A stretch of 64,000 nucleotides of DNA, from the IMG/VR virus record IMGVR_UViG_2877251553_000001, positions 1 through 64,000 of that record; one strand, 5' to 3'. A model generated the notes under the pieces. It had not been told where the DNA came from, did no database searches, and saw only the letters and a list, made by a program, of their open reading frames with translations. Origin of the DNA: a virus (taxonomy: Duplodnaviria; Heunggongvirae; Uroviricota; Caudoviricetes). The stretch's first letter is position 1. Each line of letters opens with the position of its first letter. This document shows positions 19,246-31,274 of the stretch, piece after piece. The translations under genes and the position numbers were made by a program.

Positions 19246-21346
19246 TGCTGAATCAGGAAACCGCAAAGGCAGCACGAACCGATTCAGGTTATATCCTTCG
19301 CGCACCGAGACGAATGCGGGTTGCTGATGCCGTTGCTCAGTATATGCGGGTGCCCATGGGGGCAGGGAACTCAGTCCCGTGGGATCCGCTGGTGGCACCG
19401 TATGTTATTGAGCCGATGAACTGCCTGGCCTCGCGTGAATACGACGCAGTGATATTTGTTGGCCCGGCACGAACCGGCAAGACTATCGGCCTGATTGACG
19501 GCTGGGTGATTTACAACGTGATTTGCGATCCTGCTGATATGCTGATCATTCAGATGACGGAGGAAAAAGCCCGCGAACACTCCAAAAAACGACTCGCCAG
19601 AACGTTTCGCGTCAGCCCGGAAGTGGTCAGTCGCCTGAGTCCGAACAAAAATGACAACAACGTTTATGACAGAACATTCCTTGCTGGTAACTACCTGAAA
19701 ATCGGCTGGCCGTCAGTCAATATCATGTCCTCATCAGATTATAAATGCGTCGCGCTGACGGATTATGACCGTTTTCCGGAAGATATTGATGGCGAGGGGA
19801 TGCTTTCTCTCTTGCCTCAAAACGTACCACCACATTTATGTCCAGCGGTATGACGCTGGTGGAGAGTTCCCCCGGCAGGGATGTGAAGGATGTGAAATGG
19901 CGACGGACTTCACCGCATGAGGCTCCACCAACCACGGGGATCCTGTCGCTCTATAACCGTGGTGATCGCCGTCGCTGGTACTGGCCCTGTCCACACTGTG
20001 GTGAGTATTTTCAGCCCTGCGGCGATGTGGTTGCTGGTTTCCGTGATATTGCCGATCCCGTGCTGGCAAGTGAGGCGGCTTATATTCAGTGCCCTTCCTG
20101 TTCAGGACGGATTATGCCTGAACAAAAACGTGAGCTGAACGGACGTGGGGTCTGGTTGCGGGATGGTGAATCCATCAATGCGGATGGCAGTCGTTATGGT
20201 GATCCCCGACGCTCACGTATTGCGTCATTCTGGATGGAGGGTCCGGCAGCTGCTTACCAGACACTCTCGCAACTCGTTTACAAACTGCTTACTGCAGAAC
20301 AGGAATACGAGACAACCGGAAGTGAAGAAACACTCAAGACGGTTATCAATACCGACTGGGGATTACCTTATCTTCCCCGCGCCAGCATGGAGCAACGAAA
20401 AAGTGAACTGCTTGAGCAGCGGGCAGAGCCAGTTCCTTCCCGCAGTGTGCCGGATGGCGTTAATTTCCTTGTGGCGACAGTGGATGTGCAGGCGGGACGT
20501 CATCGCCGTTTTGTGGTTCAGGTAACGGGCTATGGCAGCCGTGGCGAACGCTGGATTATTGATCGTTACAACATCACGCAGTCATTGCGCGGTGACAGCG
20601 ACGGGGAGAGCCAGCGAATTGATCCGGCCAGCTATCCGGAAGACTGGGATGTCCTGCTGACGGATGTTTTTCATAAAAGCTGGCCGCTGGCCTCCGATCC
20701 TTCTCAACAAATGCGACTGATGGCAATGGCGGTGGACTCCGGCGGTGAAGACGGGGTCACTGATAATGCCTATAAATTCTGGCGTCGTTGCCGTCGTGAT
20801 GGCCTTGGTAAACGTATTTACCTGTTTAAGGGCGACAGCATCCGGCGCGCAAAACTGATCACTCGTACATTCCCTGATAACACCGGACGAACGGGCCGAC
20901 GGGCGCAGGCCGCAGGTGATGTGCCGCTCTGGCTTCTTCAGACGGATGCACTGAAAGACCGGGTGAATAACGCGTTATGGCGTGACTCGCCAGGTCCCGG
21001 CTATGTGCATTTCCCTGACTGGCTGGGGAGCTGGTTTTACGACGAACTGACGTATGAAGAGCGGAGCAGTGACGGGAAATGGAGTAAGCCTGGTCGCGGT
21101 GCCAACGAAGCTTTTGACCTGATGGTGTATGCCGAGGCTCTGGTCATTCTGCATGGATACGAAAAGATCCGCTGGCCGGATGCACCGGAGTGGGCGAGCC
21201 GGGAAACCTGGCTGGAGTGTGTCCAGGACAGTACCGAACCGTCATCCTCACCGGAACCGGTATCCACGCCTGTTAAAAAACAAAAACGGAAGAAAACAGT
21301 AACTGACGATGTTAACCCCTGGCTGACTTCCGGAGGATGGTTATGA
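19245..21346 (+). CDS. terminase large subunit (lambda gpA-like); frame broken by a -1 shift near 19790-19850
   Basis: Two ORF-track pieces (19245-19853, 19838-21346) that together resemble gpA, including a CPHCGE zinc-finger-like motif. Confidence 0.8.
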
Positions 21347-21555
21347 ACCAGAATGATATCGAAGCCATGATTCAGCGTTATATGGAAGCTGAAATGGCGG
21401 TGCTGGACGGAAAATCCGTCACCTTTAATGGTCAGCAGATGACCATGGAAAACTTATCTGAGATCCGGCAGGGACGGCAGGAGTGGGAGCGCCGCCTTGC
21501 GGCTCTGATTACACGACGACGGGGGCATCCCGGGTACCGGCTGGCGAGGTTCTGA
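21337..21555 (+). CDS. head-tail joining protein (gpW-like)
   Basis: 72-aa ORF between terminase and portal; C-terminal RRRGHPGYRLARF resembles lambda gpW C-terminus. Confidence 0.55.
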   Translation: MVMNQNDIEAMIQRYMEAEMAVLDGKSVTFNGQQMTMENLSEIRQGRQEWERRLAALITRRRGHPGYRLARF

Positions 21556-23062
21556 TGGCAATTCTTGATGATGTGATTGGCGTTTTTTCACCTGGATGGA
21601 AAGCGGCAAGGCTGCGTTCCCGTGCGGTGATCCAGGCTTATGAAGCCGTAAAAACGACGCGGACACACAAAGCCCGACGGGAGAACCGAACTGCCGACCA
21701 GCTAAGCCAGTACGGGGCCGTGTCGTTACGTGAGCAGGCCCGTTACCTTGATAACAACCACGATCTGGTTATTGGTGTATTTGACAAGCTGGAAGAACGG
21801 GTGGTGGGGAAAAACGGGATTATTGTCGAGCCACATCCGGTATTACGCAATGGGGCCATTGCCCGTGATCTGGCAGCGGAGATTCGCACCCGATGGAGTG
21901 AATGGTCTGTCAGCCCGGAAGTCACCGGGCAGTTTACCCGTCCGATGCTGGAACGTCTGATGCTGCGTACCTGGCTGCGCGATGGTGAGGTGTTTGCCCA
22001 GATGGTTTCCGGGCGCATAAACAGCCTGACGCCTTCTGCCGGTGTTCATTTCTGGCTGGAGGCGCTCGAGCCGGACTTTATTCCCATGACCAGTGATGAG
22101 AGCAACAGGCTGAATCAGGGCGTGTTTGTTGATGACTGGGGCGTCCCGAAAAATATCTGGTGTATAAAAGCCGTCCCGTATCCGGACGGCAGATGGAAAC
22201 CAAAGAAGTGGATGCAGAGCGAATGCTGCATCTTAAATTTGTTCGCCGTCTGCACCAGATGCGCGGGACGTCTTTGTTGTCCGGTGTGCTGATCCGCCTC
22301 AGTGCCCTGAAAGATTATGAAGATTATGAGCTGACTGCAGCAAGGATCGCCGCTGCTCTGGGGATGTACATCCGCAAAGGCGACGGGCAGAGCTATGAAC
22401 CGGATGGTAATGGCAGCAAGGATAAGGAACGCGAGCTTACCATTCAGCCAGGCATTATTTACGATGATCTGAAACCCGGCGAAGAAATCGGAATGGTGAA
22501 GTCGGATCGCCCCAATCCTAACCTTGAAACTTTTCGTAATGGTCAGTTGCGTGCCGTGGCGGCGGGCAGTCGTCTGAGTTTTTCCAGTACAGCGCGCAAC
22601 TATAACGGCACTTACAGCGCCCAGCGTCAGGAGCTGGTTGAATCTACTGATGGCTACCTGATCCTGCAGGACTGGTTTATTGGTGCCGTCACCCGCCCGA
22701 TGTATCGTGCATGGCTGAAACAGGCTGTGGCATCCGGTGTTATCAGGCTACCCCGCGATCTTGACCGTTCTTCACTGTATACCGCGGTGTATTCCGGACC
22801 AGTGATGCCGTGGATTGACCCTGTTAAGGAGGCTGAGGCCTGGAAAATCCAGATTCGTGGTGGAGCGGCGACAGAATCAGACTGGGTACGTGCTGGTGGT
22901 CGTAATCCGGATGATGTCAAACGTCGGCGCAAGGCCGAAATTGATGAAAACCGCAAGCTGGATCTGGTATTTGATACCGATCCGGCCAGTGATAAAGGAG
23001 GCAGTAGTGCCGCAACGAAACGACAGGAGCCGCAGCACACCGACGACCAGTCCGAAGATTAA
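21555..23062 (+). CDS. portal protein (lambda gpB-like); -1 frameshift in an A-run near 22148-22153
   Basis: Pieces 21555-22292 and 22160-23062 align in order with remembered lambda gpB; start overlaps gpW stop (TGATG). Confidence 0.8.
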
Positions 23063-23075
23063 TTCCTGGTTCAGG

Positions 23076-25033
23076 ATGCAGGCTGGTCACCAGAGTGACG
23101 CGGATATTTATATTTATGACGAGATTGGTTTCTGGGGTGTTACAGCGAAGCAGTTTATCAGTGATCTGAATGCACTGGGCGATATCACCCACATTAATCT
23201 CCATATCAATTCACCGGGTGGCGATGTCTTTGAAGGCATCGCCATTTTTAATGCGCTGAAAACACATGGTGCGTCCATTACCGTTTATGTCGACGGTGTG
23301 GCGGCGTCAATGGCGTCGGTCATTGCGATGGTGGGAAACCCGGTCATTATGCCGGAAAACACCTTCATGATGATTCATAAACCATTTGGCTTTACGGGCG
23401 GTGATGCGGAGGACATGCGCACCTATGCCGACCTGCTCGATAAGGTTGAGGCGGTTCTGTTACCCGCTTATGCACAGAAAACCGGGAAAACCACCGATGA
23501 AATTGCTGCCATGCTGGCGGATGAGACCTGGATGTCCGGTGCCGAATGTCTGGCACATGGATTTGCTGATCAGGTGACGCCAGCCGTTAAGGCAATGGCA
23601 TGTATTCAGTCAAAACGTACAGAGGAATTTAAAAAGATGCCGGAATCCATTCGAAACATGATTACTCCGCCACGCAACAGTGCTCCACGCGTACAGGATG
23701 ATGAACCTGCAGCCTCCCGGACGCCAGTGCAGGCAGCAGCACCCGTGGTGAATGAAAACAGTATCCGTGCGCAGGTACTGGCAGAGCAAAAAGCGCGTGT
23801 AAACGGTATTAATGATCTGTTTGCCATGTTTGGCGGGCGTTATCAGACGCTGCAGGCTCAGTGTCTTGCCGATCCTGAGTGTTCGCTGGAGCAGGCCCGC
23901 GAAAAGCTGTTGAACGAGATGGGGCGCGAGTCCACGCCATCCAATAAAAATACACCGGCTCATATTTATGCTGGTAACGGTAATTTTGTGGGGGACGGGA
24001 TTCGCCAGGCGCTGATGGCGCGTGCCGGATTTGAAAAAACCGAACGTGATAATGTCTACAACGGGATGACCCTGCGTGAATATGCCCGTATGTCACTGAC
24101 TGAACGGGGTATTGGGGTTTCCGGTTATAACCCGATGCAGATGGTCGGTGCGGCGTTCACCCACAGTACGTCTGACTTCGGTAATATTCTGCTGGATGTT
24201 GCGAACAAAGCCATTCTGCAGGGCTGGGAAGATGCTCCTGAAACCTATGAACAATGGACGCGGAAAGGTCAGTTGTCTGATTTTAAAATTGCCCATCGTG
24301 TGGGTATGGGGGCTTCAGTGCTCTGCGTCAGGTGCGTGAAGGGGCGGAATATAAATACGTCACCACCGGAGATAAACAGGCCACTATTGCACTGGCGACC
24401 TATGGCGAGCTGTTCAGTATCACCCGTCAGGCCATTATCAATGATGATCTGAATATGCTGACCGATGTCCCGATGAAACTGGGCCGTGCGGCGAAATCCA
24501 CTATTGCCGATCTGGTTTATGCCATTCTGACGTCTAACCCGAAAATCTCCACAGATAATGTAAGTCTGTTCGATAAAGCGAAACATGCAAACGTACTGGA
24601 GAGCGCTGCAATGGACGTGGCATCGCTGGATAAAGCCCGCCAGTTGATGCGCGTTCAGAAAGAGGGGGAGCGTCATCTGAATATTCGTCCTGCGTTCGTA
24701 CTGGTACCGACGGCGATGGAGTCTGTTGCTAACCAGGTCATTCGCTCCTCAAGTGTCAAGGGGGCTGACATTAACGCCGGTATTATTAACCCGGTGAAAG
24801 ATTTTGCGACCGTTATTGCAGAGCCCCGTCTTGATGATAACAGCCAGACCACCTTCTACCTGGCTGCGTCAAAAGGCTCCGATACGATTGAAGTGGCTTA
24901 TCTCAACGGTGTGGATACGCCATATATTGATCAGATGGAGGGCTTCAGTGTGGATGGCGTGACAACGAAAGTGCGTATTGACGCCGGTGTCGCGCCAGTT
25001 GATCACCGCGGTCTGGTGAAATGTACGGCGTAA
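23076..25033 (+). CDS. prohead protease / scaffold / major capsid protein (ClpP/S49-like N-terminal domain fused to capsid); -1 frameshift at G-run near 24306-24310
   Basis: N-terminal serine-protease-like region; C-terminal capsid-like region continues in frame of 24332-25033. Confidence 0.65.
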
Positions 25034-25055
25034 ACGTCGCAGACAACAACTCTGA

Positions 25056-25077
25056 TGGCCCGTAAGGGCTTTTTTTG
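25056..25077 (+). terminator. hairpin plus T-run after the capsid gene
   Basis: GGCCCGTAAGGGC followed by TTTTTTT. Confidence 0.4.
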
Positions 25078-25119
25078 TACCTGAAATCAGCCCCTGAACG
25101 GGGCTGTGCGGAGACAGTT

Positions 25120-25428
25120 ATGGCAAAGAATTTTGTAGAAGAAGGAAAAACGGTGGCGATTGTTGCCAGTGCAGCCATCAGCAGCGGAGACCTGGTGCAG
25201 GTGGGTGATGTTTTTGCGGTGGCGCTGACCGATATTCCACAGGGTGAAACAGGCGACGGCCTGACCGAAGGTGTGTTTATGCTGCCTAAGCTGAAAACGG
25301 ATGACATGAAAACGGGTAAGAAGGTTTATCTGAAGTCCGGAAAAGTTCAGCTGACTAACAGCGGCTCTGATCCGCTGGTCGGGTTGTCTGGGCAGATGCC
25401 GGAACCAGTGCAGAAGAAGTGCCGGTAA
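25120..25428 (+). CDS. hypothetical head-associated protein
   Basis: 102-aa ORF starting MAKNFVEEGK in the head module; family not securely recognised. Confidence 0.4.
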   Translation: MAKNFVEEGKTVAIVASAAISSGDLVQVGDVFAVALTDIPQGETGDGLTEGVFMLPKLKTDDMKTGKKVYLKSGKVQLTNSGSDPLVGLSGQMPEPVQKKCR

Positions 25429-25434
25429 AACTCA

Positions 25435-25710
25435 ATGTCTGATCCCTTTTCCCGGCTGGCAGCGCGTATGGATGCGATCACGGTCAGAAAGATGGGAAAG
25501 ACAGCCTCGATTAATGATGTCGATATGACTGTGATCCCGGGAGAAACACTGGCAGAGCTGAATGCTCTGTCCGGACCTGCGGTCTCTCTGGTGGTGTTTT
25601 CTTCGGGATACCGCCCACGGCGCGGGGATCGCGTTGTTTATGACGGACAACATTGGACGGTCACACGGCATGAACGCTTTAACGGTAAGCCAATGATCTT
25701 TATTGAGTAA
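25435..25710 (+). CDS. head-tail adaptor / head completion protein (putative)
   Basis: 91-aa ORF between capsid and tail genes. Confidence 0.4.
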   Translation: MSDPFSRLAARMDAITVRKMGKTASINDVDMTVIPGETLAELNALSGPAVSLVVFSSGYRPRRGDRVVYDGQHWTVTRHERFNGKPMIFIE

Positions 25711-25721
25711 AGAGGTGTGGG

Positions 25722-26300
25722 ATGAAGGGGCTTGAGAATGCCATCCGCAATCTGAACAGCCTTGATACCCGTATGGTGCCACAGGCCAGCGCATGGGCGA
25801 TAAACCGTGTGGCACAGAAAGCGGTCTCGGTTGCCACCCGGCAGGTTGCCGGGAATACCGTTGCGGGAGATAACCAGGTGAAAGGGATACCCCTGAAACT
25901 GGTACGTCAGCGTGTCCGGGTGTTTAAAGCCAGTCCGTCAGGAAAAATGACGGCCAGGATCCGCGTTAACCGGGGCAATCTGCCTGCCATTAAGCTGGGG
26001 ACCGCCCGGGTCAGACTGACCCGGCGTGGTGGAAAACTGCAGTACCGTGGCAGCGTGCTGAAGGTGGGTAAATATCTTTTCCGGGATGCGTTTATTCAGC
26101 AACTGGCGAATGGTCGCTGGCATGTGATGCGGCGTATTGATGGCAAAAATCGTTACCCCATTGATGTGGTGAAAATCCCTCTGTCCGGACCGCTGACACA
26201 GGCATTTGAAGATGCCCGCGACCGCATCATTGCTGCGGAAATGCCGAAACAGCTGGGGTATGCACTGAAACAACAACTGAGGTTATGGCTGACCCGATGA
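25722..26300 (+). CDS. tail completion protein (lambda gpZ-like by size and position)
   Basis: 192-aa ORF immediately upstream of the gpU-like gene, as in lambda. Confidence 0.5.
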   Translation: MKGLENAIRNLNSLDTRMVPQASAWAINRVAQKAVSVATRQVAGNTVAGDNQVKGIPLKLVRQRVRVFKASPSGKMTARIRVNRGNLPAIKLGTARVRLTRRGGKLQYRGSVLKVGKYLFRDAFIQQLANGRWHVMRRIDGKNRYPIDVVKIPLSGPLTQAFEDARDRIIAAEMPKQLGYALKQQLRLWLTR

Positions 26301-26698
26301 ACCGACATACACAAATCCGCCAGGTCGTACTGGCACGCCTTCGGGAACAGTGTGGAGACAGCGCCACGTTTTTTGACGGGCTTCCGGCATTTGTTGATGC
26401 GCAGGAACTGCCTGCCGTGGCGGTGTGGCTGAGTGATGCTCAGTACACCGGAAAAATGACGGATGAAGATGACTGGCAGGCTGTTCTGCATATTGCTGTC
26501 TTCATCCGGGCACAGGCACCGGATTCAGAGCTGGATATGTGGATGGAGAGCACCATTTTCCCGGCCCTGAATGATGTACCGGCACTTTCCGGACTCATCG
26601 ACACCCTGATCCCACTCGGTTTTAACTATCAACGTGATAATGAGATGGCCACCTGGGCGATGGCGGAAATCACGTACCAGATCACGTACACGAATTAA
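26285..26698 (+). CDS. tail terminator protein (lambda gpU-like)
   Basis: 137-aa; conserved stretches (ATFFDG...PAVAV...ELHI.VF...PDSELD.WMES) match remembered lambda gpU. Confidence 0.75.
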   Translation: MADPMNRHTQIRQVVLARLREQCGDSATFFDGLPAFVDAQELPAVAVWLSDAQYTGKMTDEDDWQAVLHIAVFIRAQAPDSELDMWMESTIFPALNDVPALSGLIDTLIPLGFNYQRDNEMATWAMAEITYQITYTN

Positions 26699-26708
26699 GG
26701 AGGTGGCA

Positions 26709-27452
26709 ATGACCACACCAAATCCACTGGCAAAAACGAAAGGTGCGGGAACGACGTTCTGGATGTACACCGGCAAGGGCGATGCGTTTGCGAACCCTTT
26801 ATCGGACACTGACTGGCTGCGTCTTGCGATGGTGAAGGATCTGCAGCCTGGCGAAATGACCGCTGATGCAGAAGATGACACTTATCTCGATGATGAAGAT
26901 GCAGACTGGAAAACGACAACCCAGGGGCAGAAATCCGTCGGTGATACTTCGGCGACGCTGGCCTGGCGTCCGGGTGACAGCGGGCAGAAAAAACTGGTTC
27001 AGTTGTTCGACTCCGGTGAAGTCTGCGCGTTTCGTATCAAATATCCCAACGGTACTGTTGATGTTTTCCGTGGCTGGCTGAGTTCACTGGGTAAAACCAT
27101 TGCCTCAAAAGACGTGATGACCCGCACAGTGAAAATCAGCGGTGTGGGGCGTCCGTATCTGGCAGAAGAAGGCACTGAAATCGTGGGCGTTACCGGGCTG
27201 ACGGTGGCACCGGCATCTGCCAGTGTAAAAGTGGGAGCAACCACCACGCTGACCTTTACAGTAAAACCTGACGGAGCCAGTGACAAAGCGATCAGTGTGC
27301 ATTCGACAGATCCACAGACTGCCACGGTGACCCTGAACGGGCTTGTGGCCACGGTGAAAGGCGTGAAGCAGGGCAGTGTCAGCATTGTGGGCATGACTTC
27401 TGACGGCGATTTTGTGGCAGTGGCTACGGTGGCTGTCAGCGCCGCAGGTTAA
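26709..27452 (+). CDS. major tail protein (lambda gpV-like) with C-terminal Ig-like domain
   Basis: Start MTTPNPLAKTKGAG; C-terminal Big_2-like region. Confidence 0.8.
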   Translation: MTTPNPLAKTKGAGTTFWMYTGKGDAFANPLSDTDWLRLAMVKDLQPGEMTADAEDDTYLDDEDADWKTTTQGQKSVGDTSATLAWRPGDSGQKKLVQLFDSGEVCAFRIKYPNGTVDVFRGWLSSLGKTIASKDVMTRTVKISGVGRPYLAEEGTEIVGVTGLTVAPASASVKVGATTTLTFTVKPDGASDKAISVHSTDPQTATVTLNGLVATVKGVKQGSVSIVGMTSDGDFVAVATVAVSAAG

Positions 27453-27512
27453 CAGGACGATACTCATCATTTGCCCCGATTATCCGGGGCTTTTTTGCAG
27501 GTGGAGAACATG

Positions 27513-27899
27513 ATGTTTCTGAAACAGGGCACGTTTAATTATGAAAAGCAGTCCGTGGTGCTCAGTGAGCTGTCCGGGCTGCAGAGAATTGAATATCTGG
27601 CGTTTGTTCAGCAGCGAACGGCAAAGTTTGATGCCGAAGAGGGAGAACTGCCGGAGGCTGAACGACAGATTGCTTTTCTGCGGATGGGGATGGATATCAA
27701 TGCCTGGCTGGTTTCCCGCTCACTGTGGAATGCGGATCAGTCTAAGGATGTAGAGACGCTTTGCGCATCCGTTATTACAACATGGTCGTATGATGCCCTG
27801 GGTGCGGGGGCGGAGATGGTTCTGTCGCTGAGCGGTATGGGGACCATTGATAATGCCGGGGATGATGAGCATGAGGCGCTGACGCCGGAAAAGTCCTGA
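27513..27899 (+). CDS. tail assembly chaperone G
   Basis: Starts MFLKQG like lambda gpG (MFLK...), immediately before the tape measure gene. Confidence 0.7.
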   Translation: MFLKQGTFNYEKQSVVLSELSGLQRIEYLAFVQQRTAKFDAEEGELPEAERQIAFLRMGMDINAWLVSRSLWNADQSKDVETLCASVITTWSYDALGAGAEMVLSLSGMGTIDNAGDDEHEALTPEKS

Positions 27900-28237
27900 C
27901 GCGGGAAATGCAGTTTGTCATGCGGCTTGCCCGGGAGTTCCGGCGGGCAGACTGGCGGCGGATGCTGTCGGAAATGTCGGCCACTGAGCTTGGTGAGTGG
28001 GGCGATTATTTCCGGATGCAGAGCTTCAGTGATGTGTGGATGGATGCGCAGTTTGCCTCGCTGAAGGCATTGATCGTGAGAATGGTGTCCGGCAGTAGTG
28101 ATGCTGCGGTGGCTGATTTCAGCCTTTTACCGGAAGAGAACGGGATACCGGAGCGAACGGACGAAGAACTGATGCATCTTGGGGAAGGTATTTCCGGAGG
28201 TGTGCGTTATGGACCAGATAGCCAACCTGGTCATTGA
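27513..28237 (+). CDS. tail assembly chaperone GT (product of -1 translational frameshift near the end of G)
   Basis: T-region ORF (27908-28237) is in the -1 frame relative to G and overlaps the tape measure start, as in lambda G-T. Confidence 0.55.
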
Positions 28238-31200
28238 TTTGGGGATTGATGCGGCAGAGTTTAAAAATGAAATCCCCCGTATCAAAAACCTTCTGAATGG
28301 TGCAGCCAGCGATGCAGAACGATCTTCTGCCCGTATGCAGCGTTTTATGGAGCGTCAGACTCAGGCCGCCCGGCAGACAACGCAGGCGGCTTCTTCGGCT
28401 GCAACAGCCGCATCCGTCCATGCGCAGACGGTGGAGAAGAACGCACAGGCTCATGAACGCATGGCCCGCGAGGTGGAGAAAACCCGCCAGCGCATGGAGG
28501 CGCTGAGCCAGAAAATGCGCGAGGAACAGGCGCAGGCCATGGCTCTGGCGGAGGCTCAGGATAAAACAGCTGCTGCGTTTTATCGTCAGATTGACAGTGT
28601 GAAACAGGCCAGTGCGGGGCTGCAGGAATTACAGCGTATTCAGCAGCAGATCCGACAGGCCAGAAACAGTGGCGGGATTGGTCAGCAGGATTATCTGGCG
28701 CTGATTTCTGAGGTTACGGCGAAAACCCGTGTTCTTACGCAGGCTGAGGAAGAGTCTACCCGACAGAAAGTGGCGTTTATCCGTCAGCTTAAAGAGCAGG
28801 CAACCCGCCAGAATCTTTCTTCTTCTGAGTTGCTTCGTGCCAGGGCTGCCCAGCTGGGGGTAAGCAGTGCTGCAGAAGTGTATATCCGCAAAATGGAGCA
28901 GGCAGGAAAAGCCACGCATTCGCTGGGTCTGAAAAGTGCAGCAGCCCGCCAGGAGATAGGCGTTCTGATAGGTGAACTGGCCCGTGGCAATTTAGGAGCG
29001 CTGAGGGGATCCGGGATAACGCTGGCTAACCGTGCCGGATGGATAGACACACTGATGTCACCGAAAGGCATGATGCTGGGCGGGGTTATTGGCGGTATTG
29101 CCGCGGCCGTCTATGGTCTGGGTAAAGCCTGGTATGACGGTCAGAAGGAGGGGGAAGAATTTAACCGCCAGCTGTCACTGACGGGGCATTATGCCGGAGT
29201 CACTGCCGGGCAGCTGTGGACGCTCAGTCGTGCTATTTCCGGGAATGGTATCACGCAACATGCTGCAGCCGGTGCGCTGGCTCAGGTGGTGGGGAGTGGT
29301 GCATTTCGTGGAAACGATATCGGTATGGTGGCGAGAGCTGCCGCACAGATGGAGCGATCGGTTGGCCAGTCGGTCAGCGATACCATAAATCAGTTTAAGC
29401 GGCTGAAGGATGATCCTGTAAATGCCGCGAAGGCTCTGGACAATGAGCTGCATTTTCTTACTGCCACTCAGCTTGAGCAGATACGCGTCCTTGGGGATCA
29501 GGGGCGGTCCAGTGATGCTGCACGGATAGCCATGTCTGCACTGGCAGAGGAAACCGGTCGGCGTACTGCGGATATTGATAATAACCTCAATGCGCTGGGC
29601 AGTACGCTGAAGTATCTGTCTGATTTATGGAATCGTTTCTGGGATGCGGCCATGAATATTGGTCGTGAAGACTCGCTGGATGAACAGATTGCCGCTTTAC
29701 AGGAGAAAGTGTCGCGGGCGAAAAGACTCCCCTGGACGGCATCATCTTCTCAGGTTGAATACGATCAGCAGCGTCTTAACGATCTTCAGGAGAAAAAACG
29801 CCAGAAGGATTTGCAGGATGCAAAAGAGCAGGCAGAGCGGAATTATCAGGAGCAACAGAAACGCCGTAATGCTGAAAATGCTGCACTGAACCGGATGAAT
29901 GAAACGGAAGCTGCACGACATCAGCGTGAAATTGCGCGTATTAATGCCATGCAGTACGCCGATCAGGCTGTCAGGGATGCGGCGATACAACGTGAAAATG
30001 AACGTTACGAGAAAGCCCTGGCATCCGGTAAGAAAAAAACACGCGAAACCCGTAATGATGAGGCCACCCGGTTATTGCTGCAGTACAGTCAGCAACAGGC
30101 ACAGGTGGAAGGACAGATTGCTGCTGCCAGACAGTCAGCAGGCATTGCCACGGAAAGGATGACAGAAGCGCATAAACAGCTTCTGGCTCTGCAGCAGCGC
30201 ATCAGCGACCTGGACGGGAAAAAACTGACGGCAGATGAAAAGAGTGTGCTGGCCCGTAAAGATGAACTGATTCAGGCACTGACGCTGCTGGATGTAAAAC
30301 AGCAGGAGCTTCAGAAACAGACGGCACTCAACGAGCTGAAGAAAAAAACAATTCAGCTGACCAGTCAACTGGCTGAAGAAGAGCGCGCTCAGCGTCAGCA
30401 ACATGACCTGGATATCGCCACGGTGGGTATGGGTGATCAGCAGCGACAGCGATATCAGGTACAACTGAGTCTTCGCCAGAAATACCAGCAACAGCTGGAG
30501 CAGTTGAGGCGGGATAGTGAGCAGAAAGGGACATATAACACGGATGACTACAGAAAGGCCGAGCAGGCGCTGACGGAGAGCCTGAACCGACAACTGAATG
30601 AGAATCGCCGTTACTGGCAACAGCTTGAAGTTGTGCAGGGTAACTGGAAAAACGGAGTCCTGCGTGCATTTCAGGATTTTACCGTGGATGCAGATAATAC
30701 GGCAGAAACAGCAGAACAGGTGTTCTCGTCAGCCTTCAGCAACATGGGAAATGGCCTGGCAACTTTTGTCACTACCGGCAAACTCAATTTCAAATCCTTC
30801 ACCTCTTCTGTGCTGTCAGATATGGCGAAAATCCTGGCGCAGGCAACCATGATGAAATCGATAAAAGGGATTGGCAGTGTACTGGGATTTGATCTCAGCA
30901 GCCTTTCCCTGAATGCCAATGGGGGGATTTATCAGTCTGCTGATTTGAGTCGTTACAGTGGCACGGTGGTTAACCGTCCGACGTTTTTTGCTTTTGCAAA
31001 AGGCGCGGGTGTGATGGGGGAAGCGGGACCTGAAGCCATTCTGCCATTGCGTCGTGGTGCTGACGGTAAGCTGGGGGTTGTGGCGGATATTGGGGGTTCA
31101 GGTATGGCGATGTTTTCCCCGCAGTACAACATCGAGATCAATAACGATGGCACGAACGGGCAGATAGGTCCGGCTGCCCTGAAGGCGGTTTATGACCTCG

Positions 31201-31274
31201 GGAAAAAAGCGGCAGCGGACTTTATGCAACAGCAGGCCCGTGATGGTGGTCGGTTAAGTGGAGCATATCGGTAA
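28209..31274 (+). CDS. tail tape measure protein (lambda gpH-like)
   Basis: About 1020 aa, coiled-coil-rich; C-terminus ...INNDGTNGQIGPAALKAVYD... matches remembered gpH C-terminus. Confidence 0.9.
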   Translation: MDQIANLVIDLGIDAAEFKNEIPRIKNLLNGAASDAERSSARMQRFMERQTQAARQTTQAASSAATAASVHAQTVEKNAQAHERMAREVEKTRQRMEALSQKMREEQAQAMALAEAQDKTAAAFYRQIDSVKQASAGLQELQRIQQQIRQARNSGGIGQQDYLALISEVTAKTRVLTQAEEESTRQKVAFIRQLKEQATRQNLSSSELLRARAAQLGVSSAAEVYIRKMEQAGKATHSLGLKSAAARQEIGVLIGELARGNLGALRGSGITLANRAGWIDTLMSPKGMMLGGVIGGIAAAVYGLGKAWYDGQKEGEEFNRQLSLTGHYAGVTAGQLWTLSRAISGNGITQHAAAGALAQVVGSGAFRGNDIGMVARAAAQMERSVGQSVSDTINQFKRLKDDPVNAAKALDNELHFLTATQLEQIRVLGDQGRSSDAARIAMSALAEETGRRTADIDNNLNALGSTLKYLSDLWNRFWDAAMNIGREDSLDEQIAALQEKVSRAKRLPWTASSSQVEYDQQRLNDLQEKKRQKDLQDAKEQAERNYQEQQKRRNAENAALNRMNETEAARHQREIARINAMQYADQAVRDAAIQRENERYEKALASGKKKTRETRNDEATRLLLQYSQQQAQVEGQIAAARQSAGIATERMTEAHKQLLALQQRISDLDGKKLTADEKSVLARKDELIQALTLLDVKQQELQKQTALNELKKKTIQLTSQLAEEERAQRQQHDLDIATVGMGDQQRQRYQVQLSLRQKYQQQLEQLRRDSEQKGTYNTDDYRKAEQALTESLNRQLNENRRYWQQLEVVQGNWKNGVLRAFQDFTVDADNTAETAEQVFSSAFSNMGNGLATFVTTGKLNFKSFTSSVLSDMAKILAQATMMKSIKGIGSVLGFDLSSLSLNANGGIYQSADLSRYSGTVVNRPTFFAFAKGAGVMGEAGPEAILPLRRGADGKLGVVADIGGSGMAMFSPQYNIEINNDGTNGQIGPAALKAVYDLGKKAAADFMQQQARDGGRLSGAYR

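Noticed and set aside
22815-23075. N-terminal 87-codon extension of the protease/capsid ORF given in the ORF track
   Set aside because: It overlaps the portal gene end; a canonical ATG at 23076 follows the portal stop and begins the protease-like sequence.
28629-30620. Several ORFs antisense to or out of frame with the tape measure gene
   Set aside because: Embedded in the gpH-like gene; no RBS or coherent protein features.
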